From Azolla caroliniana (lineage: Eukaryota > Plantae > Polypodiophyta), in NCBI GenBank assembly GCA_043228905.1, contig JBHGNT010000022.1:2914001-2978000 (forward strand): a stretch of DNA of 64,000 nt. The letters run 5' to 3'. The position numbers and the translations under genes are program-made. This document shows positions 26,028-38,515 of this stretch, piece by piece. Numbering within the stretch: position 1 is the stretch's first letter; the number at the start of each line of letters is the position of its first letter. A model generated the notes under the pieces. It was not told where the DNA came from, searched no databases, and worked only from the letters and a program-made list of their open reading frames with translations.

Positions 26028-26543
26028 TGTTGATCTACCGATAACCGATAGTTGTAACCGGCACGCACAATAGGTCGAACGTTCTATCAAGAGAATTGTG
26101 GTAGGAAATGAATAGACAAACTAGTGGGTAATTACAAATTGTACTAAGTAACCGTGATCGACTACTAGTCTTAATATAATTACTTAGTAAGCACAGATAA
26201 TCAGAGATCGACACTGAAAACAGTAATGAACAGAGATATTGTCGACATAGAGATACTCTAACCACTAATTTATATTAATTCCGAAATAGAACGATAGACT
26301 TACAATGCTTTCGGTCCTTCTTTTATAGGTGAACCGAGAGTATCTTTTCAAGATTACACTTGCCCTTGTTCAACAAGAACTATTACAAAACTGTCCTAAC
26401 TAATTCTAATATATTTTTCTACTTGGCAAAATTACTAATTTCTAACTCATCGATCCGACCCTTGGATCCGACTCCGACACTTTCATACTTGTTCTACTCC
26501 TTCTGACTTCCTTTCACATTTGTCCGACTATGACCGGCTAACA
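26028..26543 (-). mobile_element. LTR (TGTTG...TAACA), Athila-like family
   Basis: TG...CA inverted termini; minus-strand TATA-like CCTATAAAAG near 26325; abuts the interrupted copia RT. Confidence 0.7.
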
Positions 26544-27775
26544 CTTGGCATGCTCGTGGGACAGTGCTTCTTCACTCCTGGTTTTCTTTAGGTTCATCAT
26601 CGACGACATCGTCACTTTCATCCTCATTGAGGATGTCCAACAAAATGGGCTCCTCCTCAGTCCTGGTGTCGGTGCTAGGCGCGCCCTGCTCCTGCGTTTG
26701 TCGCGTTGCGTCCTGGTGTGTGTCCTCGGCCCTCGGGTCAATTGCTTGTGGAATGCGCGCGAAGTCACAATGCTGCATGCAGTCTTCGGCTTTCGACGTT
26801 GTCCTTCTCAGCGTTTGAATATTGTTCACGTAATCGGCCCGCCCGCTGCTGCCGTGGCCCTTCTGCATGCCTCTTCCATGTCTTTTGCTGCCAGTTTTGT
26901 TCTGGTGTATTCTCTATGCACTTCGACTAAGACCGTGTGAAGTGGCGGCATCTGAATTGCTTCACCCTTGTTTTTAGCACTTCATTGTCGGCCGATTCCG
27001 TCTAATTCCTATTGTTCATTTGACTCTGGACTACGCCGAACATGGGCTTTTGAATCATTATGCAATCTTTATGTTCCTAAGCCAGTATGTCGGACGCGTA
27101 TTGTATTGTAATCGATGAGCAAGCCATTCCACAAGTTCATAAGACATGCTGAAATGCAAAAATTGCCGCTAGCTCATGTGCTGCCGGTGGTAACTCAGGT
27201 AAACCAAGCACCTCACTCGGGTGTCGATTTGATTCGGATTATTGGTTGTTAGTTGGTGTTGGCTCGGGTTCTTGCCACTCTTCTCGTGGTACTTCTCTCC
27301 GGGCCATTGGTGTCGGCCGTGGTTGTGGTGGCTGCCCCTGCTCTATTGTTGGGGTCTTTCGCCCAATTCGATCGTCTCCCCTTCATACATACGTGGCGAT
27401 GATGAATCCTGCCCGTTGCTTGGGCATATAGTAAAACCGGGGACTTACGAATGCCACTTCCAACAAAAACTTAGCGACTTCTCGAAATAATTAGTCATCG
27501 CCGCCCTGAGTTTTATATGCTTTCGCTGATGGTGAATGATCTCCGAAGTATGACTTTAGCACCTCAGGTTTGAGAGGATCCATGCCATCAAACCCTTCAC
27601 GTGTTTGATGATAGCCTTGCAGATCCTATCGATGTACCTGTTTATTCGTGATCAACGATTCCCGAAGCTTGGGGATGGGGCTCGACATCTACGATCCTGA
27701 GGTAGCCTTGCAGACCTTTGGTTTGCAACCATTAGCGAAGTCGGTCGGATACAGGAATCGGCATATTTCCATCTT
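26544..27775 (-). pseudogene. Decayed accessory (post-integrase) ORF of an Athila-like element
   Basis: Minus-strand YFGDHSPSAKAYKTQGG..LFREVAKFLLEVAFVSPRFYYMPKQRAGFIIATY aligns by eye with HFGEYSLTGKAHRMHGG..FFWNLAHFLLEYTCIHANPYGMPDKKARLFITAY at 38496-38756; acidic C-terminal tail. Confidence 0.6.
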
Positions 27776-27849
27776 TTGTTACTTCGGAGCAATCAAACAA
27801 CATTCTCAAGGTTCGTCCTTTCGTAACTGACAACCAGAGCAGCGCTTTC

Positions 27850-28114
27850 GCTCTTCTCCGACCGATACAAACAAAAGCCACACTGGTTATATTTATACTT
27901 ATATAACTTTGGGACTATTTACAAATATGACCTCAACGATGACGTTTGAACATATACATATACTAATGTCTGGCCGGATACCAACCAGATCCATCCGATC
28001 CGGTTTTCGGATATCTTTCGGATCCCATATTGTTCGGTTCCTTCCTTCGGCTCATCCGATCCGGCTTGTCCGATATTCATCTGGATCCCATCCGGAGGGA
28101 CCGAATTCCCAACA
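27850..28114 (-). mobile_element. Partial LTR (U3 end, ...CCCAACA)
   Basis: Ends in CAACA exactly where the RT fragment is cut; rich in CCGGATC motifs like the LTRs at 26028 and 54783; TATA-like element near 27900. Confidence 0.5.
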
Positions 28115-28738
28115 AGTGAGCATCTTCTTAAGACAGTTGTACACATCTTGCTCGATTGTTTTCCATTGAAAATGTAATTTATGCACTGCCGCATGTAAGG
28201 GTGTTGCCACATTGGCTAAATACCGAATCATTCGGCTATGCCATCTTATTTGGCCCAAAAATCTTCTCAGAGCTTTGGCATTAGCCGGCGCCGGTGCTTC
28301 CATAATTGCTCTTACTTTGTCGGGATCGACTGCAATGCCTTCTCAACTGACAATATGGCTGAGGTACGTACCACTCGTTACCCCGAATGCACATTTAACA
28401 GGATTGAGACTCAAGCGTCCTTGTTGACACCTTTCCAGACAGAGTCAAAGATGTTCTAGATGATCGGCTTTTCTGCTATAGACTGCAAAATCATCTAGGA
28501 ATACCTGCATAAATTCAAGTATATAATCAATAAAAATTTCATGTATCACCCGATGAAACATTGCCGGAGCTGTTTTTAAATCGAACATCATGACGCCTGC
28601 TACGAATACTCCCCATTCAGTGACAAATGTTGTCTTTTCCTGATCCTCTGAGTGCGTCCGAACTTGATTATAGCCACTAAATCCGTCCAGAAAGCTATAA
28701 ATTTCGTGGCCGACTACTGCATCCAAAACTCCATCCGT
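28115..28738 (-). pseudogene. Athila-like Ty3/gypsy RT fragment
   Basis: DGVLDAVVGHEIYSFLDGFSGYNQVR...EKTTFVTEWGVF...FMQVFLDDFAVY...ALRRFLGQIRWHSR. Confidence 0.9.
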
Positions 28739-29285
28739 TGTTGAGGAAATCCTTGTGTATTCGTGAAATGAAGCGAGAGCACCGGGGTCCTAGACAAGAA
28801 GGATTTGAAGTTTGGACTAGCGTAAGAGAGAAAGTATTTAAGATAGATAGATGGATGGAGAGAGTGCGTCCAAACTTGATTATAGCCACTAAATCCGTCC
28901 AGAAAGCTATAAATTTCGTGGCCGACTACTGCATCCAAAACTCCATCCGTTGTTGAGGAAATCCTTGTGTATTCGTGAAATGAAGCGAGAGCACCGGGGT
29001 CCTAGACAAGAAGGATTTGAAGTTTGGACTAGCGTAAGAGAGAAAGTATTTAAGATAGATAGATGGATGGAGAGAGTGCGTCCGAACTTGATTATAGCCA
29101 CTAAATCCGTCCAGAAAGCTATAAATTTCGTGGCCAACTACTGCATCCAAAACTCCATCCGTTGTTGAGGAAATCCTTGTGTATTCGTGAAATGAAGCGA
29201 GAGCACCGGGGTCCTAGACAAGAAGGATTTGAAGTTTGCACTAGCGTAAGAAAGAAAGTATTTAAGATAGATAGATGGATGGAGA
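28650..29285. repeat. Three near-identical 212-bp tandem units spanning an RT/LTR insertion junction
   Basis: Unit = ~89 bp RT plus ~123 bp LTR start (TGTTGAGG at 28739, 28951, 29163). Confidence 0.95.
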
Positions 29286-29723
29286 GAGAGAGAGAAAGAG
29301 AGAGATTGAGATTGAACCCTTGACTTCAATTTTGAGAGACAAGGTACATCACTAATAAGATAACTAGATCTTTTACTAAATGTTTCTTTCATCAATACAT
29401 AGGTTGCCTCCCCCATTACACAAGCCCAACTAGAGGCTTTTATAGGTCTGTCCATGCAAAAACCATGGGCTAAAATATGTTTGTTTCCTATGGAATACTG
29501 AATATACAAAGAAAATGTACAAAATCTAAAGCACTTAGTAGTAGCTTTAGTGGTAAGTTAATTTGCCTCCTATCTTGGAGGTCCAAGGTTCATACCTTTC
29601 TTGCACCCCTTTGTATGCACTCAAATGTTACGATGCTTTTAATCTTATTTTTATATTTATAAATGTTTGAGCGCTCATCATACATGCACATGTTTAACCT
29701 TACATCGAGCCTTCCTTTTACGA
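29163..29723 (-). mobile_element. LTR of the Trp-primed gypsy lineage, abutted by a second LTR at 29724
   Basis: TG start after target CCGT; shares the U5-side motif (gcaccggggtcctagacaagaagg) with the LTRs at 29724, 35575, 43681 and 52308. Confidence 0.6.
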
Positions 29724-31667
29724 TGTCGGCCTTTTCAACGCCGAATCGTTGCGTGAGTCGGGTGGAAACCGCTGAGGTTATGGACTAGGAAGAGGAGAGT
29801 TTTAAGGCTAAATGAGAATATGTGTTAATTGTAAGGAAGAGATATAGAAACTTGTGAATCCCACAAGTATAGTTTTTTAGTTTTATTGGAATAGACTGGA
29901 AGAGAGATCGAATACACATGAATTCCCACAAGTATTATATTAATCAATGTTTAGAGTATAATATTCACCCAAAATTTTCAACAACCCCTTTACAATTTGC
30001 TCCCCCATCCTTATATAGTGATGGGAGAGTCTAAGTTTACCACATGCAAGCATCATGCCTTTTTCTAACTCTAGTGTTCATGCACACTACATGTCCATGA
30101 TTAACTTTTCCCATCATGCTTTTCCTTTAACTAAAGTGTTCATGCACACTACATGTGCATGATTAACTTTTCTATCATACTTTTTCATTTAACTCGAGTG
30201 TGTATGCATGGATAACTTTTTCTATCATGCTTATCTAGAATATTAACATGGGATAAAGTTTAGTGTACCTTTAATACTCATAATGTGCTAGTACAATGAT
30301 AACGCTTGAAATCGTTAACAGAGAGGTAAAGGGTTCAAATCTTACCCTATGCATGTAAAATAATTATTTTAGTATTTTCTCCTATTTCTTTAAACTTAGT
30401 TAATCAAGTACTCTGTATATATTTCACGTATTATACGAAGTATACTATAACATTCACCCCGTCCGAACCTGCACATCCTCTGGTATGTACCGAAATTGCG
30501 GGTACTTGTTATCCTTCTTCATCCGTTGCACTATTCGATTCTCCCACTATGTCGACTATTAATTTCGGCCCACTTTCTTCGCTTTCCTCTCTTCCGTGAT
30601 CCTTGTCCGATTGCTCCTCTGTGTCGGTTTTGTCTAAGATTACTTAGGGTTCGTCATCACTTTGCTTCTTGAAAATCTTCACCCGCTTCCCCACTATAGG
30701 CAATCGAAGTATTGTTCCATCTAGCTCACTTAGTCGGTAAGTTCCGTTGTTGAATACCTTTCGAACTTCATATGGTCCGAACCACCTTCAAGTGAATTTC
30801 CGTATCGTTGTGTGTTGATGAACAAAACAACTGTCATAGACTATCACACAATCTCCTTCTTCAATCTTCCGTGGTCGTAGTCGGTGCTTTTTTATCGAAT
30901 CAACGTTTGTTCCGAAATTGTGCTTCTTGTTGTCGGTGCACCGCTTCCGCTATGTCTTCCGGTCTTCCTTCTAGCTGTTGTATCCAGATCGCTAATAGTT
31001 CTTCCCAGCTCATCTCTTCCTTCCACGGTAGCACTGTCCATGTCGCATTTGCGGTTTCCGTAGGCCTTACTGGAGCTTGTCCGATCATAAGTTCCGTTGG
31101 CATATATCAGGTTATGGAACTATGCATTGTGCGATCCGCCCATAGTGCATATGGAAGCATCTATGACCAAGTCTTCACCTTTCCATCACACGCTTTTGCA
31201 AGTGCTTTTACGCTTGGACCATGTCCTCGTTTGATCTTCCCATTTGCTTCTGCATTGTATGTCGTGGTTAGTGTCAACTGAACTCCATGTTTGGCGAAGA
31301 ATTCCCTGGAGTCAAGTTCTCCCCGATCCGCAATCACTTGTCCTACACACCTGTACCTGTAGAACACTTCTTCCAAAAGGAATTGGCATACTGTAGAACA
31401 TGTTTTCCTCCGTAGTGCCCGACCTTCTACATGGTTCGACATATCCTCCTGAGCTAGCACCAAGTACTTCTTTTGTCTAATCCCCGTTGGCATGGGTCAC
31501 GATGTTGACCATCCATTTAAATTTGATTGTTGGTGAGAATGTCAGATGTAATTTGTGCCAATGTTGAACTCCGGAGTAGATTTGTGTTAAAAATTAGGTA
31601 AGTAATTAAGCAATGATTAATTGGTACGTAATTATGTGATTAGTTGATAAGTTGAAGATTATGTGAT

Positions 31668-31747
<80 letters not shown>

Positions 31748-33245
31748 CACTTATGAACAACACAAGATGGGGGATGAGTAAGTATATTAAATTAGCATTA
31801 TCATCATCATCATCAAATTCAAAAATACCATCAATGAGGTATATATAGATCTCATGTGCAAGGGTGCACATGTGTGAGGAGAATATAGGTACAACCGTGT
31901 AAGTCCTATATTAAATGTACTTAGGGATGGAGGATCTAGAATATCCCACTTAAGTACAAGGTCCTATTTTAGGCGTTATAGTCAACACTTCTAACTAGAT
32001 TCTATCTAGGTAACTACGAACTTACATGGTTAACTAACTAACTAAACTAAGTTGAGCTTGATCTCTCAACACACCCCCTCAAGATCAAGTGTGAGGCGTT
32101 CGACACGGACACAAACATTTATGTTGATGGAGCCAAGTGAGTCGCAAATGCTCTTGATCTTGGCGGTGTAGTTCGACACGGACATGTCTTTTTGTCGAAT
32201 GTTATTCAACTCTTGTCGGAGTTGAAGCTTTCGGGCGGTTGTGTTGGCGGCGAACATTTTCTTTAAGTTCGCCCATGCCTCTTTGGGCATCTTGGCGTCT
32301 CGAATGTGGCTAAGCATGTGGTCGTGGACACATGTTGCCAAGCAATACGTGACTCGACTAGCCGCTTGCTCCCATGTTGCGTAGTCGGCGTTCTTTGAGT
32401 CGGGTTGATTTTCTTGAGCGCCGTTGATGTACCTCCAATACCCTTGGCAGACGAGGTTTTGGGTTATCTTGTACTCCCAAGATGAATAATTACTCCGGTC
32501 TAGCTTTTCACTAGGGAGCGAGCTACCCATTTGTGTGTTCATGTTGATTGTAGTGTCTTCTCTTCTTTTGCTTTTCTTCCTTCGATCACGTACACGTGCT
32601 ACGTGGCGGCACTACGGTAACCGATAGCCGGATTTTGTCGTCGGCATCTCGAACACACAATCATGGAGTCGGGTGGGCTTAGTGGTCTTTCTAAACCACA
32701 CGCTCTAATACCATGTTAAGAATTAGGTAAGTAATTAAACAAGGATTAATTAGTACTCAATTATGTGATTAGTTGATAAGCGGAAGATTACGTGATATGC
32801 GTGTGTATATGTGTGTGTGTGTGTGTGAGAGAGAGAGATACACTTATGAACAACACAAGATGGGGGATGAGTAAGTATATTAAATTAGCATTATCATCAT
32901 CATCATCAAATTCAAAAATACCATCAATGAGGTATATATAGATCTCATGTGCAAGGGTGCACATGTGTGAGGAGAATATAGGTACAACCGTGTAAGTCCT
33001 ATATTAAATGTACTTAGGGATGGAGGATCTAGAATATCCCACTTAAGTACAAGGTCCTATTTAAGGCGTTATAGTCAACACTTCTAACTAGATTCTATCT
33101 AGGTAACTACGAACTTACATGGTTGACTAACTAACTAAACTAAGTTGAGCTTGATCTCTCAACAATTTGACATTTCTCGCAACTTTCAGTGAATTTTGCT
33201 ACATCTTTATACATATTCTTCCACCAATATTTTTGCTTGAAACGC
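29724..33245 (-). mobile_element. 3' half of a Trp-lineage gypsy element: 3' LTR 29724-30452, PPT, decayed integrase (interrupted by copia 31585-33164)
   Basis: LTR start nearly matches 43681; PPT-side sequence at 30453-30500 matches 44484-44530; IN motifs YWWKNMYKDV...CEKCQ, KYLVLA.ED.S..VEGRALR, FLLEEVFYRY.CVGQVIADRGE, YN.EANGK, PVRPTE....TW. Confidence 0.85.
31585..33164 (-). mobile_element. Non-autonomous mini Ty1/copia element (two LTRs plus truncated gag only)
   Basis: LTRs 31585-32071 and 32714-33164 are nearly identical apart from microsatellite length; TSD ATTTG (31580-31584 / 33165-33169); PBS TGGTATTAGAGC (Met-i, one mismatch); PPT GAGGGGGTG; 642-bp interior with a 158-aa UBN2-type gag fragment (32066-32542). 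Confidence 0.93.
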
Positions 33246-33393
33246 AAAGCCCAGAGCACACAACACCAATTGTCATCTCCCCGTTAGCATTTACCATGAC
33301 AATCATGTATTCTAAGAAGAGTGAGCGCCAAGATACTAGGTAAGCGCCTAACTGTACAGACACTTTTAAAAAATATATGTTTTTCAATCACTA

Positions 33394-33509
33394 GAACTCG
33401 ATACAGGGTATCGAGTTCCTTTCTAGATGTGTCTATTATCATGGGGAACTCGGTACAGCGTATCGAGTTCCTGTATAAAACCCTCACTTTTTACAGGAGC
33501 TCGATACGC
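33394..33509. repeat. Cluster of short palindromes in filler DNA between integrase and protease fragments
   Basis: GAACTCGATAC-AGG-GTATCGAGTTC (33394-33418, perfect 11-bp stem), GGAACTCGGTAC-AGC-GTATCGAGTTCC (33445-33471), and a half unit at 33492-33509. Confidence 0.85.
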
Positions 33510-36187
33510 CACGTGTGCGTACGCTGAACCGTTATCCAGCACTTTCGTCTCCATACGTGCTGCCGTAATGTACGGTTCTCCGAGTATCATCGGATGCGAG
33601 GATGTCTCCTGCATAGAGAAGTGCTGATCGATCTCGACATCACCGATTTTCACCCACACATTCGGGCAGGCCCCATGTAGCTCTTCCGTGGTGCGCGTCG
33701 CCACTCGTATTTTCCACCTGTGCTTGGTGTTGATTGGCCACTTGCCCTTCTTGTAGAAGTCCATAGACATCAGGTTGATCTCCGAACCGTGGTCTACCAA
33801 TGCCACCACCGGCTCCTGAACGTCCCCGATCCTAACCGGGGTCTCCGTAGTGGCTCTTGCCCAGTGTAGCTTTGAATAGTGGCTTTCCGCCAACTCATCT
33901 TCCAGGGCCATGTCTTCTAGGTGCGTCGTTCGCACCTCAACTGGCTTCTCCGGCTCCGGCTCCGTCGAAAGCCTTTTTCTCTTCACTAGGTCCACGATGG
34001 AGTCATGGAATTCTTTCTTGGCGATCCCGAGCACTTCCCCCAACGACAACTCCACCTTGCTGTCCAAGATTATTTCCTCAAGGACCTTCCACAGGTCTGT
34101 CATTCTTTCTATCTCAGTGCTCAACCGGTAACCGGCTTTCTTTGCTTTGTCCGGTGTGTCGGCAACACCAACGTCATTCTGCTTTCGCCCGGATCGGGTC
34201 TTGTACCGCTATGAGGGTCCGGCCCCTCCGGTTTTCCCCACATGCTTATATTCTACCAAAACCTCGTAATTCTGGCACACGACTTCCACAAAGCTAGTCT
34301 TTTCTTCGACCGGGTCGCTCCACCTGGTGACCTCCCGGACCCGTCTCTCCACGCAGTCTGCTTCCTCCCTTCTCAATCACACGCCGACGAGGCCTTCTAG
34401 CACCACTGGCCAGAACTCGGAGTCTTTCGTCTTCCGGCCTTCGTCACTCCCGACCCGGATCCCTGCCGACGCCGAGTAGTGGATGGTCTCCGCGTGGCGC
34501 GCCGCCGCTTCTTCCATCAGCCTCTTCATTCCTCCCCGTCCAATATTCAGCTCCAGGGCTCTTCGGGTCTCGCTAGCGTGCACCCTCCTGTTCCATAGGT
34601 ACACCACATTAGCCCTAATTGCTTCTGCGAAGTCCACACAGTCCTTCTAGATGTGACCAACTGCGTCACATCACAAGCACCGATGCCCACCCGGAGGGCT
34701 TCAGTCGCGAGGCTGCTCGCCGCCGTCCCTCCTCGCTTGTGCAATCTGGGGGTCTCGTACCAACTGCGTCAGTTCTTCCAGAGCCGCTCCGTCGGACGGG
34801 CCCTTGACCACGCTGGACGAGCCTGTATCAAGCCAATCTCAGCTTTCCTCCTTGCGCGTTGGTGGGGGTTCCTCGAGGTTTCTCGCCGCAACCGCTTGTG
34901 CCCTTAACGAGCCCTTGTCGACCCACTCACGCTGTTTGTCGAAATGGCCGCAAACCCCTTTTACCACGGCCTAGTCGGTCGTCAGCCCATCGTCCGTCTC
35001 CAGCAAGAGACCCACTTGCTCCCGATCCCGCACGTCCACAACTTTGACAAATAAGAGAACATGGCTCGTGTCCAGTACAGTCCTGTCTAGTGTTGAAAGA
35101 CGTGCGAAGCGTTCTTCAAAATCCCGGAGGAGCGCTGGCGCATTCCTCTCCTTCCCTGGGGTCTCCACCCAATCCATAAAGTCCCGCTTCGATAACCGAA
35201 GCGTGTCATCAAGCCCGTATTGTTCGAGGAACTGCGATTTGAATTCCACTAGGTCTGGCATCCAACCTACAGCTCGAGGACCTTTGCGTGGATGCCCGGT
35301 GTCGCTACCTGAGGGAACCCAGCCAGACGCCTCTCCTCCGGGGAATCCCTTATCACCATTTTGGCCCGGTAGGCCACCAAATAAATCGTGGCGTCCTTTC
35401 CATCGAACCGGCCTATTGTACCGACAATCACTTCAATGGCCCTGTCGAGGGCGCCAGTGCCCTCGCGAGCACTTACTATCCGATCGACTGCTGCTGCCAT
35501 GGCTTCAACAAGCTCCGATCCCCTCATTTTCGATTCCTCTGCCGCCTTGCTTCACGTCGGGTTCACCAAATAAATGTCGTGTTGTTATGCTCTCGCGTAT
35601 GAAATAAGGCGGGACCGCGGGGGCCCTGAACCGAGGAGCGTGAGAGACGAGAGGGATAGAGATTCGCAGAAGCACAGAGAGATAGAAACGAAAGAATCAA
35701 TTCCAATAACAATATAGATTACAGAGCTTGCAATGGTACAACCGGCAAGCCGGTTACAGACTCAACACAGACGAACACACGCACTGAAATATGCAGTGGG
35801 GCCTCTATCGGAAGCACACAGGCAACCAACCTAACCCAAAATCCCGGCAGAAACAACAATGATGGTGGAGGAGAGAGCTCGGTTCCCAGTCCGACAACAC
35901 TTCTTCCTAAAAAAGAATGCGATCCCCACTTAAGCCCTTTTCCTCTCATTTTATAGCACAAGGAGAGAGAGCCGTTTACAGACAGTTAAATCAATGTTAT
36001 TCTTTGTCCTTTCAGATAGAGATCCTCTTCGATTCCCTTCTTAATGAATTCGTGCAACCTAGGATAATTACATCGCCGACCTGTACTTAACTATGTATGT
36101 AAATATATCAAACATGTGCCCGTGTGTAAGGTCTGGTTCACGCACACCATCCACCGATTCCTCCCAGGGACGGTTTTCTCCACGACA
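33510..36187 (-). mobile_element. 5' half of a Trp-lineage gypsy element: 5' LTR 35575-36187, PBS 35551-35568, decayed gag and protease
   Basis: LTR TGTCGTG...CACGACA; PBS TGGTGAACCCGACGTGAA; gag fragments homologous to 47523-48890; protease ORF 33423-34124 with ALVDHGSEINLM homologous to 46764-47447. Confidence 0.88.
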
Positions 36188-38515
36188 ATGTGTTACAATA
36201 AGGGAAACCAATATCATACTGAGCCATGTTGCTACCCCAATCAGACACACCACACAAACGAGCACTGGCACTGTCATCAGGATCACCACCACTCCTCCAG
36301 GGATTACGGCCACGATGCCCCACGGAATTATCGTGGCTTCCGAAATAATCGTGGTTTCCATAATTTCGGCAACCGTCGACACTTTGAAAATCGTCGCCGC
36401 GATAATCAACGTGACAATCGTCGCCGACAACAAGCTAAGGATTGGGTAGATACAACCAATAATGCCAACATAAACCGTATGAAAGCCGACATAGCGGAAT
36501 CCAATGAACGGAAACACGGCCAACTACAGACCGCACATTCGGATCAACCTAGCTCTAATGATCCCGGGTGGCAGGCACTTGCGGACTCCCAAATCTCAAT
36601 GCCGCTGCATAAACTGCTCCACGTGTTACCTCGCTTCAAGGAGACGGTCCATTCACTCACAAATCGGGATTCGTTGCATCCATCCGTAAACCTCATGGCC
36701 CCGACACCAGGACCTTCTCTGATCGATTCACAAAATACAGCCGTACAACTCATCTTACGAGGTCACGAAGTTCCTGGATGCATTATCGATGGTGGGTCAG
36801 GTGTCAATGTGATTAGTGAAGCGACATGCAACAAGATCGACATCACTCAAGATACACGGTCGATACGCCCAATAGGCCTCATCACGATTATGCCTCAAGA
36901 AATGTCGACACGCATGGCTCAGCCTCAATCCGGCCAAATGTGTTTTCCAAGTGACAAGTGGAGCTTTATTAGGTCACATTGTTTTAAAGAGGGTATCGCT
37001 ATGGACCCAAACAAAGTGCAAGCCATCTTGAATGCCCCAACGCCCCCTACGGCCAAAGCACTCAGCCAATTTCTGAGCCAAATACAGTGGCATAGTCGTA
37101 TGCTCCGATACCTTGCTGATTCTGCGACCCCTTTACATGCAGCAGTCCATACGATGCCTTCTCGATGGACAGAACAAGAAGGCACGACATACCAATCATT
37201 GAAAGTCATGTTGTCACAAGCCCCAGTAGTCCAACCCCCAGATTGGACGGAGCCGTTTCACGTATTCGTGGACGCATCCGATATCGCGATCGGTAGTGCT
37301 TTAATGCAGAAAACCCCACCCAATTGGGATCACCCAGTCTACTACGCCAACCGCCGACTCTCGACAGCAGAAAGGAATTACTCCACCATGGAACGAGAAG
37401 CACTTGGCATGATATATAACGTTATGAAATTTCGGCATTATCTGCTCGGCCAAAAGTTCACGTTCCACGTACATCATTCGGCACTACTTTACCTTGTAAA
37501 TAAGCAAGCTTTGACTAGTTGGTTAGCGCGATGGATGCCGCTCCTTCAGGAGTTTGATTACAAGATTCAACACCGAATAGGAGTTCAACACGCGATAGAC
37601 GATTACCTTAGCCGCTTGGAAATAGGAGAACCGCCGGACCAAGATTGTGGTGACTTGCTAGACGCCGCCCTATTCTCCATCAACACAACACCCATCCAGT
37701 CTGATCCTAACGACGCCTGGATCACCGAAATGACCCAATTCTTAAGTACGAGACTTCCCCCGGATCACCTCCCACTTGACGCTCGAAAACGGTTAACAAT
37801 CTGAAGCCGTAATTTTTGTGTATTCACGAATACACTGTATCGCAAGGCCTCAGTTGGCATCTCGAGGCGCACGGTTCGACAATTTGAGAAAGACACCATA
37901 CTTCGTGAATCTCACCACGGAATCGCGTGCGGGCATTATGCAGGCGAAGCCACAACCCGAAAAAACTGGTAGAGTGGGCTCTGGTGGCCGACCACGTAAA
38001 AGGAAATTTATGGTGCCGTTTCGGTTGTCCAATCGAGCTAGTAAGTGATCACAAAGGACACGTCGTCAATCGAAGAATTAGTGAATTAACCTCCCACTAC
38101 GCCGTTGTACACAAGAAAAGCACCTCGTACTACCCCCAAGCTAATGGTCTTGCGGAATCCACAAATAAAACCCTTCAGACCATTCTTAAGAAAATCATCA
38201 ATGAGAATCGCACGGATTGGGACGATAAATTACACAATGCTTTATGGGCTTATCGCACGACCTTTAAAACCAGTATCGGCTCAACGCCTTTTCGACTAGG
38301 TTTTGGATTAGAAGACGTAATGCCCATTGAAATCCAAGTACCCAGCTTGCGAGTACAAATAGCTGAACGATTGCCGGAATCGGAATCTAAACACCAATGT
38401 CTGGTCCAATTACTCGAACTCGGAGAACAACGAATTGCCAGTTTGGGTCAATTGGAGCACGGAGAGAGACGAAGGAAAGCCTTTGTTGATAGACATTGTC
38501 GAATACCGGACAAAA
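36188..38515 (+). mobile_element. Athila-like gag-pol fragment, copy A (gag end, protease, RT deleted, RNase H, partial integrase)
   Basis: ORF 36116-37804: IIDGGSGVNVI, FHVFVDASDIAIG, ERNYSTMEREALG; ORF 37927-38601: CPIELVSD, YYPQANGLAESTNK, DWDDKLH.ALWAYRT. Confidence 0.9.

Noticed and set aside
33394-33509. Palindromic repeats with short spacers resembling a CRISPR array
   Set aside because: Only 2.5 non-identical units, eukaryotic TE context, and no cas genes.
29724-36187. A single full-length element bounded by LTRs 29724-30452 and 35575-36187
   Set aside because: The two LTRs are dissimilar and the flanks belong to different host sequences; treated as two fused halves.
36116-37804. 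562-aa ORF as an intact gene
   Set aside because: It is a chance in-frame fusion of LTR sequence, gag end, protease and RNase H across several deletions; the RT core is missing.
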